A stretch of 64,000 bases of DNA from Candidatus Latescibacterota bacterium (GTDB lineage Bacteria; Latescibacterota; CBDCVA01). A program made the translations under genes and the position numbers. Numbering within the stretch: position 1 is the stretch's first letter; each line of letters starts with the position of its first letter. Location: assembly GCA_965222935.1 (NCBI GenBank), contig CBDCVA010000001.1, forward strand, positions 132,093-196,092, written 5' to 3'. Positions 38,720 through 47,408 of this stretch are shown here, piece by piece. Under the pieces are notes generated by a model, which was not told where the DNA came from, searched no databases, and saw only the letters and a list, made by a program, of their open reading frames with translations.

Positions 38720-39637
38720 TCAGTCGATTCCGCGCCACTCCCGACCGATGCGATCATAGCGCTCATGCAGATCGGCCACCGTTTCATCCGCCAACGGTAG
38801 CTGCGTCTCGACCGCGTCGATATTGGCGAGCATGTGCTCGGGATCGCGGGTGCCGACGATCGCGGTGTGCATGTCCTCGTGTGCGAGGACAAAACCCAGG
38901 GCGAGCGCGATGGGGTCCTTCGGGGCTTCCGCGATCGGCCCCGGTTCCAGGAGCGCCCTCGCGCGTTTCAAGCGTTCGAGGTTCGTGCCGGATAGCCCCG
39001 CGTCGCCGGGGGAGACCGCCTTGCCCCAGGCAGCGTTGGCGATCGGCCTCTTGGCGATAAGCCCCATTCCCCGCTCTCTGGCCCGCTCGAATATGCTGTA
39101 CCGGGGCCCCTGGTCGACCAGGTTGAACGCGATCTGAAGCGTGTCGAACAGGCCGCTCTCGATGGCCCATTCGGCCTCCTCGTTCTCGCCGCTGTAGCCG
39201 ACGAACCGGGTCTTCCCCGCCTCCTTGGCGTCCATCACCGCCTCGATCACATCGTCGGGCGTCGGCGCCGAGATGTCGTAGGCGTGGACCTGCACGAGGT
39301 CGACGCGGTCCGTCCTCAGCTTCTTCAGGCTTAAATCGATGCCCCGCCGCACCGTCTTGCCAGTCCACGGCTGCCCCGATGAACCGGTGGAGACGTGGCC
39401 GGCCTTGGTGGCCAGGACGAACTCATCGCGGCGATGGCCCACCGTCAAGCCGATCAACTCTTCGCTGTTGGCGTAGCACTCCGCGGTATCGAGGAAGTTG
39501 ATGCCGGCGTCCAGGGCCGCGCCGAGGATACGGCCCGCCCGCCGGGGCTCATCGATGGAGAATGAGCCTATCTCCACGAGGCCTGCGCCGAGGCGGCTGA
39601 CGCGAAGACCCGTCTTACCCAGCGTCGTCATCTCCAT
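38720..39637 (-). CDS. aldo/keto reductase
   Basis: AKR fold: …LDTAECY… catalytic tetrad region and …GYSGENEE…. About 305 aa. Confidence 0.85.
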   Translation of the reverse strand: MEMTTLGKTGLRVSRLGAGLVEIGSFSIDEPRRAGRILGAALDAGINFLDTAECYANSEELIGLTVGHRRDEFVLATKAGHVSTGSSGQPWTGKTVRRGIDLSLKKLRTDRVDLVQVHAYDISAPTPDDVIEAVMDAKEAGKTRFVGYSGENEEAEWAIESGLFDTLQIAFNLVDQGPRYSIFERARERGMGLIAKRPIANAAWGKAVSPGDAGLSGTNLERLKRARALLEPGPIAEAPKDPIALALGFVLAHEDMHTAIVGTRDPEHMLANIDAVETQLPLADETVADLHERYDRIGREWRGID

Positions 39638-39758
39638 GCGATGTCTCCTTTTAATCGCGCCCCTGGTCGAGGGCGAGAAGAACGTCAAGACCGGATGCCA
39701 TCCATTGCCCCCAGGTATTCAGGAACCTACATTCAGTATACACAGGGAGGAGGGGGAC

Positions 39759-40025
39759 ATGGACATCTTCGTTACAGGCGTCATCGAGCGGCAAAAGGAT
39801 GACTGGCTCGCATTCTGCCCCGAACTGGAGATCAACACCTTCGGGGCTACCGAAGAAGATGCACGGGAAAGCCTTGAGGAGGCCATCATCGGGTATCTGC
39901 AAACGGCTGAGGCCAGTAATAGACTCGAAGAACTACGCCATGTGTTAGAGACGCGCTCGGCCCAGCAATTGTCCTTCAAGAAGGACGTGGAGGAAGATGA
40001 GTGGCTTGCGTCTCCAGTAGGTTAA
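39759..40025 (+). CDS. hicB: HicB-family antitoxin
   Basis: …VIERQKDDWLAFCPELEINTFGATEEDARESLEEAI… fits HicB_lk_antitox. GGAGGAGGGGG ribosome-binding site. About 55% GC. Confidence 0.7.
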   Translation: MDIFVTGVIERQKDDWLAFCPELEINTFGATEEDARESLEEAIIGYLQTAEASNRLEELRHVLETRSAQQLSFKKDVEEDEWLASPVG

Positions 40026-40050
40026 CACGACCGATGGGCTGGGAAATTTT

Positions 40051-40296
40051 GTGCCTCATCTCCCGAATCTGACGTGGAAGCAGTTCGTAAAGTTGGCAGA
40101 AATCAAGGGCTATGTGTTTGCGAGAGTCAGAGGAAGCCACGTCATCTATGAGAATCCCGAGGTTCCGTTGCCCGAGGGTATCATTCCCATTCCACGAAAG
40201 AAAAACATCCCCAAAGACACACGCCGCGCCTTACTACGACAACTTGGCGTCAGCCCCGACGATGTACAAATCTTCTTAGAAACCAAGCAAATCTAA
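40051..40296 (+). CDS. hicA: HicA-family mRNA interferase toxin
   Basis: YcfA/HicA pattern …KQFVKLAEIKGYVFARVRGSHVIYEN…PIPRKKNIPKDTRRALLRQLGV. About 47% GC. Confidence 0.75.
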   Translation: MPHLPNLTWKQFVKLAEIKGYVFARVRGSHVIYENPEVPLPEGIIPIPRKKNIPKDTRRALLRQLGVSPDDVQIFLETKQI

Positions 40297-40424
40297 CGAA
40301 GCGGGACAAGTCCATAAGGCCCTAGATTGCAGTAGGGCTGTCATGTAGACATTCAATCAGCCACACCTTCGCCTTACTCCAACTCCCCCAACCACAGGTA
40401 CCCTTTTAGAAAGTCGTGATCGGC

Positions 40425-43400
40425 TCAGGGCTGGGCTTCCTGCGCGGCACGTCCGGCTCCCTTCAGCAGACCGGACCTCTGGCGCTGCGGCGCCGGTGGC
40501 TTTCGCATCGCGTCGGGCGCGTCGGGCAGTTCATCGGCCCCGAAGCAGGGACCGGAGATGACGGCGTCCAGGAGCCTCGCCTGTTCTGGATAACCCGTTA
40601 GAGTCGCCTCCAGCACCCAGAGCAGTTCGAGCAGCTCCGTCGTGAACTGGCTCGTCCAGCGCTCGGGGCGAGTGTCGTCCAGCGGCGAGGATTTCCTGCC
40701 CGCGCCCCTCTTCATCCGGTACTTGAGCCACGACCGCACCACCTTGAGGCCCGAGACCTCGAACTCGAAGACTTCCGGGGCGACGGGCTCGAACGCGCCC
40801 TCGCCCACATGGAGCGTTCGCGTCCCGTCGTTATAGTCGAATGCTTCGGGGTAGCCATCGGGATCGCCGGGGACGGGCTTGACGCACCTGGCCGCGCCGC
40901 GCGGGACGCGGCTTCGCTGTTCGCCCTCGGGGACGAAGCGCTCGCCGTACGTGTGGAGATGCAGCAGACGCGCGCCCGCGCTTCGCACCGCCTCGAACAG
41001 GGTGGCGTCCTTCGTGATAGGAACGCGCAACTCGCGCGACCCCAGTTCCTTCGCATAGCGGGCGGTGAAGGCCGGCTGCGCCAGCGCGCCGTAGATGTAG
41101 GCCAGGATATCCTCCGGCGTCACCTTGCGCTCGTAGGCCGCGCCGAGCAGGTCGAGCAGGCCGGGGAGGACGTTGACCTCCGTCGCGTCGGCGGTGCGGT
41201 AGAGGGGTATAGAGCTTCCAGCACGACCTGAGAAATAGTTACGGTCGGGAATGAAGGCGCAGGCGGTTAGACTTGGCCCACCCGATATTGCCTGTGTGAG
41301 AATCGTCGTCAGATATATCTGTCTCTCGCCGTGAGCGCGCCATAGATCGGGGCGGAGAAGGTCGCCCAGCCTGCTGTCGGCGAACATCCACTGCCGGTCG
41401 AATGAACGATACGCGTAACGCTCGATGCGGGGAATCGCAGCGTTACGGGGCAACTGATCAAGAGGCGCCTCGGCCTCTTCGCCATCCTTGAGCGGCGGGT
41501 ACTTGCGTGCTGTTTTGCGGTCGCGCGTTTCTTTGAAGGCGGCGGCCCTGTCCGCGGAGGCCAACAGCGTGCGCCAACGCGCCGCCAATGTTTCGGGATC
41601 GGGGCAAATCGGCCAAGTTCGTTGAAACTGAACGCCTGAATGTTGCCACGGCATGAGGTCGCTCAGAAGAGGCAAGTCGAAATAGTCGCCCACCCCCGCC
41701 GGGCGGAAGGGGGCCTGCCAGTCATCGGGGCAGTCCTCCCAATCGACCGATGCAAACCCGTAGATCGCATCAAGCGCCGCGAGCTTGTCACCGCGCGTTC
41801 CCTCGATGCGGGCATAGTGAACGGCGGCGGGCTCAGTCTCTCTCGCTTCACCATATCGTACGGCTACGGCGATAGCCACCGGGGTAAGGATGGCGAAGAC
41901 GTTGTCGCTCTTGCGCGAACCGCGCCCCTCTCCGCCGAGGTCGATGATCCAGATTTGGTCGCACAGGCGGCGCATGTGTTCACGCATCCCGCTAAAAGCG
42001 TCGCCATCGAGGTAGCTCGACGCGCTGATGAAGCTGACGACGCCCGGCCCCGAGGCCTTCGCGTGCTCGAAGACCTTCCACAGCGCCTAGCGCCAGAAGT
42101 AGACGTAAAGGTTGTAGAGGTTTCTGACGTCGCCGCCGTGTCCGGCCTTGACGGCGGGGTCCCGGAAATCGCCGAAGATCGCGTGTGAGGGCCCGCCGTC
42201 GTCGTCCCAGCGGACCCAGCCGCCGGTGAGGGCCCTGTTGTCGCCGCTGGCGGTCTCGTGGCGGTCGTAGGGCGGGTTGCCCACGCAGACGATCACGGGG
42301 ACCTCGCTCTTGACCTGGAGCGCCCTGGTGTGCTGCTCGGCGATGGGTTCGAGGTAGAAAGACAGCGCGAGCGGTTGAGCGTGGGGGCTTTCGAGCGTGT
42401 CGGTCAGGTAGACGTGCGTGCCGTCCTGGGGGAGCGACGCGCCACGATCGCGCAGGGCGCGGCTGACGCGCAGTTCGGTCACGGCGTAGGGGCCGACCAT
42501 ATGCTCGAAGCCGTAGAGGTTGGCGGCCAGCGCGGTGGCCTTGCCCGGCACGGCTCCCGGACCCTGCTCGTCCTCGACCCGGCTGAGGGCGTGCTCGATG
42601 ACGCCGAGGAGGTAGGTTCCCGTGCCGGAAGCCGGATCGAGCGTGACGACGTCGGGATCGGCGAATCCCAGGGGCCTGCTGATGCGGTTCACGAGCAGAT
42701 CGTCAATGAGGCGGACCTGGGCGCGGACGACCTCGACGGGGGTGTAGTAGACCCCGGCATCCTTACGCAGCCTGGGGTCGTAGGCGGCGAGAAAGTCCTC
42801 GTAGAAATAAAGCCAGGGGTCCTCGGGGGCCCTGAGCGAATCGGTCGGGACCTCGGCGACCACGCGCATGAGCAGATCGAGGGAGGCGGAGATTTCGGCC
42901 CGAGCTCTGGGGTCGGTCAGGACCTGAAGGGCGCGCGCGAGCAGGTTGTGCTCAGCGGCCAGGGCCGTTTCGGCGTGGGGGAGGGTCAGCGGGTTGGCCC
43001 CCTCGCTGCGGGCCAGCAGCAGGGCGAAAGTGACGGTTTGCGCGTAGGCATCGGCGAACTGCTCGTCGCGCGCGTCCGGGAAAAGGAGCTGCCGCCAGTC
43101 CCTTGCGAGTTGGACGAGGGGCGATTGCGGTTCGCGGAGGGCGTCGGTGACATCGTCGCGGAGCAGGCGGCACAACGGTGCGAGCAGGCGGGCGAAGCCC
43201 TCGAGATCGAGGCGGCCCTCGCGGTCGTAGGGCAGAATGGGATTCCATGAGAAGAAATCGCGCAACAGACGTTCCACCGCGCCCGCGTCTTCGAGGGCGG
43301 CGGCCTTCTTGCCGTCGGAGGCGATGTCGCCACGGAGATGGACGATCCTGCCCACCGGCTTGCCATCGCGATAGAGCGCCCATTCGTTGCCGTCCGTGTA

Positions 43401-43742
43401 GAGGAGGTTGGGGATGGCCGAGAAGCGCTTCCACTGATCGCGGTTGTGGCCGGTGAAGCGCCTGGCATTGACTCCGACTCCGGGGGCCTTGAGCTCGACG
43501 TAACCCGCGAGCAGGCCGTTGAGATGGGCGGCAAAATCGGGGCGGCCCAGGCGGTCGGGGAGCCTGGCCTCGCCCGTGCAGACGGCGTTCCAGCCGAGGG
43601 CGCGGGCGGCGTCAGCCATGAGGTTCTCGAAGGGGCCGCGCAACTGGTCTTCGGGCGCGCCCTGGGTCAGTTGCGTCATCTTGGCCGTGACCGCCTGGCC
43701 GAAGGACTCCAAAGCCTTGTGTATCAGGTTGTTGGGCATCAT
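40425..43742 (-). pseudogene. MmeI-like single-chain type IIL/IIG restriction-modification enzyme (PD-ExK nuclease + N6-adenine MTase + TRD) interrupted by one in-frame TAG
   Basis: N-terminal …RPDFAAHLNGLLAGYVELKAPG… (D-x-ExK like MmeI). MTase motif I DPASGTGTYL and motif IV VGNPPYD. The frame is continuous across the TAG at 42087-42089 (…NLYVYFWR*ALWKVFEHAKASGPGVVSFISASSYLDGDAFSGMREH…), giving about 1,105 codons. Confidence 0.7.
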
Positions 43743-43769
43743 GGGATTCCAGCGGATTTTCCAGGCCTA

Positions 43770-44669
43770 TTACGCATCGACGCCGCCTCGTCCATGGGCC
43801 GCCCACAGCCGTTGCAGGGGCGCATAGCTCAGGAATTCAATGCCCTCCTCCTCCGCGATAGCCGCTACCCGTTCGGACGTCATGAACTCGAGGGACGACC
43901 GCCTGCCCTCGGGCGTGGCGCTGACGCCTTCCACCAGCGGGCTGGACATGATGGCTTCGAGCTCCCCGGTGACGATCGCGGGATGCATCGCCCACTCGCT
44001 GAGGCCGGAGGGTAGCGCCCGCAGCGCCTTCGTCAAGATGGACACCTTCCGGCCGGGATCGATTCGGCCGCAATCGGTCACCCTGTGATCGATGGCGGGC
44101 AATCCCCGCGCCCGTAGCTTCTCAACGCCGTCCTTGCGCCCGACCCTCAAGGCCATTCCATATTCGATGGCGAGGCCGACGGTCATGTCAAAAAGGCTCT
44201 CACGGAGCTCATGGGTGCCGTAGTGGCTATCGAGGTGCGTGGGTTGCAAGCCGGTGGCGAGGACCGCTTCGATCTGGGCCCTGTACTCTCGTTCCACTTC
44301 GGCGGGGTCCGCATGCATCAGGAGCTCGGCGTATCGGTTATCGAGGGGGAAATAGCCCGATTCATCGAGTAGCGACGGGACCCTGTCGAAGGGTGTCAAG
44401 GGCTTCCATCGGTAGTTGACGTATTCGCTCACTAGGGTGAGGTGCACGCCGAAAGGGATGCGGGGGTTTTCCTTGAGGAGATGGATGGCGTGGCCGCTCC
44501 ACGGGGCCGGCATCATCAACGAACAGGAGGTGGCGAGGCCGTCCTCGATGGCCCGCAGGGTGCCCTCGTTGTGGGCGTGACAGAGGCCGAAATCGTCCGT
44601 GCTAAGGATCAATAGTCGCGCATCGGGTGGATATCCGAGCCATGCGCAGGCGCCCCGATTGCCCGGCAT
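43770..44669 (-). CDS. YdjC/ChbG-family carbohydrate deacetylase
   Basis: …LLILSTDDFGL…H…HLTL… metal-binding pattern of the YdjC family. Confidence 0.7.
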   Translation of the reverse strand: MPGNRGACAWLGYPPDARLLILSTDDFGLCHAHNEGTLRAIEDGLATSCSLMMPAPWSGHAIHLLKENPRIPFGVHLTLVSEYVNYRWKPLTPFDRVPSLLDESGYFPLDNRYAELLMHADPAEVEREYRAQIEAVLATGLQPTHLDSHYGTHELRESLFDMTVGLAIEYGMALRVGRKDGVEKLRARGLPAIDHRVTDCGRIDPGRKVSILTKALRALPSGLSEWAMHPAIVTGELEAIMSSPLVEGVSATPEGRRSSLEFMTSERVAAIAEEEGIEFLSYAPLQRLWAAHGRGGVDA

Positions 44670-44737
44670 TGGGCGTTTCCTTTCCCCGTAAGGCTATGGG
44701 TCGAGCCCGATCTCCCGCTCCGGGGGCAGGGTTCGAT

Positions 44738-45966
44738 TCATAGAGCGCGCCGCACGGCATCGAACGCCTCGCCGCACACGCTCAATGTGCGTTCCAGATC
44801 GGCGTCGGTGTGGGCTGCGCTCACAAACCAGTGGTGACGCGGATGGAGCAGCACCCCGCCTCGGGTGACCTCGGTGTAGAAGACCCTTCTGGCCTCTTCG
44901 GAGCGCTCTTCGGGTTGGTATCCGAACCTCAGGTCGGGCATGGGCGGCACACCGTGGCCCGGGCCTCCACGCGGGCGTCCTGGGCCAGCCCGTTGAGTCC
45001 GTCCAGAAGCCGCTGGCCTATGCGCCAGATATGGGGTATGACCTCGCCCTCCTTGAGCCTTTGGATGGTGGCCACGGCGGCGGCCATGGCGGGCGAATTG
45101 GTGTAGAAGGTAGACGACAGATGGGTGCGATCCAGAAAACACTGCATCACATCGGCTCGGCCGGCGAGCACCGAGATGCAATAGCCGTTGGAGATAGCCT
45201 TGCTGAATGTCGCCAGGTCCGGGGTGATGCGATAGTACTCCTGGGCGCCTCCCAGCGCCATGCGGAACCCCGACCGCATCTCGTCCAGAATGAATAGCGC
45301 GCCATGATGATGGGCCAGCGCCTTCGCGCCCTCCAGGAAGCCCGGCTGCGGCGCCTCCGCCTCGAGGGGCATCATGATGATGCAGGCCACTTGATCCTTG
45401 TTCCGGTTCAGGACGGCTTCCAAGGAGTCCAGATTGTTGTACTCGAAGGTGAGGATGTCATCCCGCACGTGGCGTGGGATCCCGGCGTCGTAAGGATTGC
45501 ACCAGTCGTGCCAGCCGTTGTAGCCCCAGCGCACGACTTTGTCCCGCCGGGTCCAGATTCGCGCCAAGCGCACGGCGGCTGAAGTGGCATCTGAACCGGC
45601 CTTGAAGAAGTGTACCAACTCGGCGCACGGGATGATCTCCACCAGGAGCTGCGCCAAGGTGTTCTGGACGGGTCTCGTCATCGCGAAGGCGAAGCCCTGC
45701 CGGATCTCACGAATGGCCGCCTCGTCAACCTCAGGGTCCCGATGGCCCAATACCACGATGCCGAGCCCCAGCATCCAGTCCAGGAACTTGTTGCCGTCCA
45801 CATCCCACAGGTAGGCCCCTTCCCCTCTGGAGACGAACAGGGGATACTCGCCCTCGATGAACAGTTCGGGGCGTTTGGACTGGGTCGTTCCGCCGGCATA
45901 GACCTTGCACGCCTCGGCATAGAGGCGCTCCGATTGCACGAGGCTCAGCGGCGCGCGTTCGCTCAT
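44738..45966 (-). CDS. class III (GSA-aminomutase-like) aminotransferase, reading frame broken by a 1-nt indel
   Basis: N-terminal 360 aa in one frame (…GGTTQSKRPELF…). The conserved C-terminus (…PDLRFGYQPEERSEEARRVFYTEVTRGGVLLHP…FVSAAHTDADLERTL…) is in another frame. The switch is at the CCCGGG run 44958-44963. Confidence 0.65.
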
Positions 45967-46063
45967 GGGGTTCTCCTTCGCGGAGTCCGCAGGGCTGGGT
46001 GGGGATGGGCCGTCCTTCACCTCAGGGCCGCAGGCATCTCGCCCGGCCCGGGCGGGAGATCGA

Positions 46064-47086
46064 TCAGTCGCCGGCGACCGGGACGGCTCGCCCCTCGCGG
46101 GCGGAGGCGAAGAGCGCATCGAGGACGCGCATGTTGCGGACCCCGTCTTCGGCGGGCGGTGCGAGCCCGGTGCTCTGGCGCAGGCAATCGCAGAAATGCA
46201 GGGTTTCGAGTTCACTTTGGTTGGCGCCGCCGATCCACTCGGTCAGCGTCGTGCCTTCGACCGAGATCGACAGGTGGGCGGCGGAGGTTCCGGGCCCGAA
46301 AGCGCGCAAGACCTGCAACGCTCCCTGGTCGCCGACGATTTCCACCTGCTCCCTCCTGACGGTATCGAAGCCACAATCGATCTGGCCGAATCGACCGTCG
46401 CCGAAATCGAGCGTCCCGACCGTTAGAGCGTCCACGCCGAAGCTCGGTAGGGTGCGCATCCGCGCGGACGCGAGGCCGGGCTCGGCGCCGAAAACGAAGC
46501 GGCAGGCGTTGACGGCGTAGCAGCCGATATCGTAGAGCGCGCCGCCGCCGAGCTCCGGGTCGAGACGGATGTTCGGCGGCGTGTGGTGTCCACCCGAGAA
46601 GCTGGCGCGCACCAGCATGGGCGCTCCGATGCATCCCTCCCGGATGAGGTGGTGGACGCGCATCCACTGGGGGTGATGGCGGTACATGAAGGCCTCCATC
46701 AGCAGGACACCGTGGGCCCCGCAGACTTCGCGCATGCGTTCCGCCTCCGCGCCGGTTAGCCCCACCGGCTTCTCGCACAGCACATGCTTTCCGGCCTCGG
46801 CCGCGCGGAGCGTCCACTCGAGATGCAGGCTGTTGGGCAGGGGGATGTACACCACCTCGACCTCATCGTCTTCGAGCACCTCCCGGTAGCTGCCATACGC
46901 CCGGGGGATGCCAAGCGGTTCCGCGCATCGGCGCGCCGTCGGGAGATGGCGGCTCCCGATCGCTACGACGGTCTGCCCCGACGATCCCTGGATGGCGGGG
47001 ATCACGCTGTTGAGGCCGATCCGCGCCGTGCTCAGGACGCCCCACCGGATGGTCCGTTCGGCCTCGGCCTGTACGTTTCTGCCCAT
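46064..47086 (-). CDS. Gfo/Idh/MocA-family NAD(P)-dependent oxidoreductase
   Basis: N-terminal Rossmann fold (…IRWGVLSTARIG…), the EKP motif (…LCEKPVG…), C-terminal alpha/beta domain. Confidence 0.85.
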   Translation of the reverse strand: MGRNVQAEAERTIRWGVLSTARIGLNSVIPAIQGSSGQTVVAIGSRHLPTARRCAEPLGIPRAYGSYREVLEDDEVEVVYIPLPNSLHLEWTLRAAEAGKHVLCEKPVGLTGAEAERMREVCGAHGVLLMEAFMYRHHPQWMRVHHLIREGCIGAPMLVRASFSGGHHTPPNIRLDPELGGGALYDIGCYAVNACRFVFGAEPGLASARMRTLPSFGVDALTVGTLDFGDGRFGQIDCGFDTVRREQVEIVGDQGALQVLRAFGPGTSAAHLSISVEGTTLTEWIGGANQSELETLHFCDCLRQSTGLAPPAEDGVRNMRVLDALFASAREGRAVPVAGD

Positions 47087-47408
47087 TGGATGGCTGCTGA
47101 GGCGCCGCCGTCGCCGACCTATCGCGCCTTGCGGACGCGGTTTGAGCGGCGACCGTTAAGCTTTGCGCTGGGATCGACTCTCAGGCGCACTCTCTATTCG
47201 ATGAAATTCAAGGGTAGAAGACTTGATGGTTCTACCGCACTCCGATGTATGCATGGCGGCAAAGGTGGTGGGAATGAAGGACGCAAGCGAGGCCGTCAGC
47301 CCGAGAAGGGGACGAGAGCGACGGGTTTCGGCCAAGGGTTCTCATGGCCGCGGCCATCTTGCCTCCACCGCAAGGGCAGGGTGGCCACCTTAGCGCTCTG
47401 TCCGATCG

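Noticed and set aside
47087-47408. 320-bp region upstream of the Gfo/Idh/MocA gene as a riboswitch
   Set aside because: No recognisable conserved riboswitch core. Most simply read as a promoter/5' UTR plus the TBDR 3' end.
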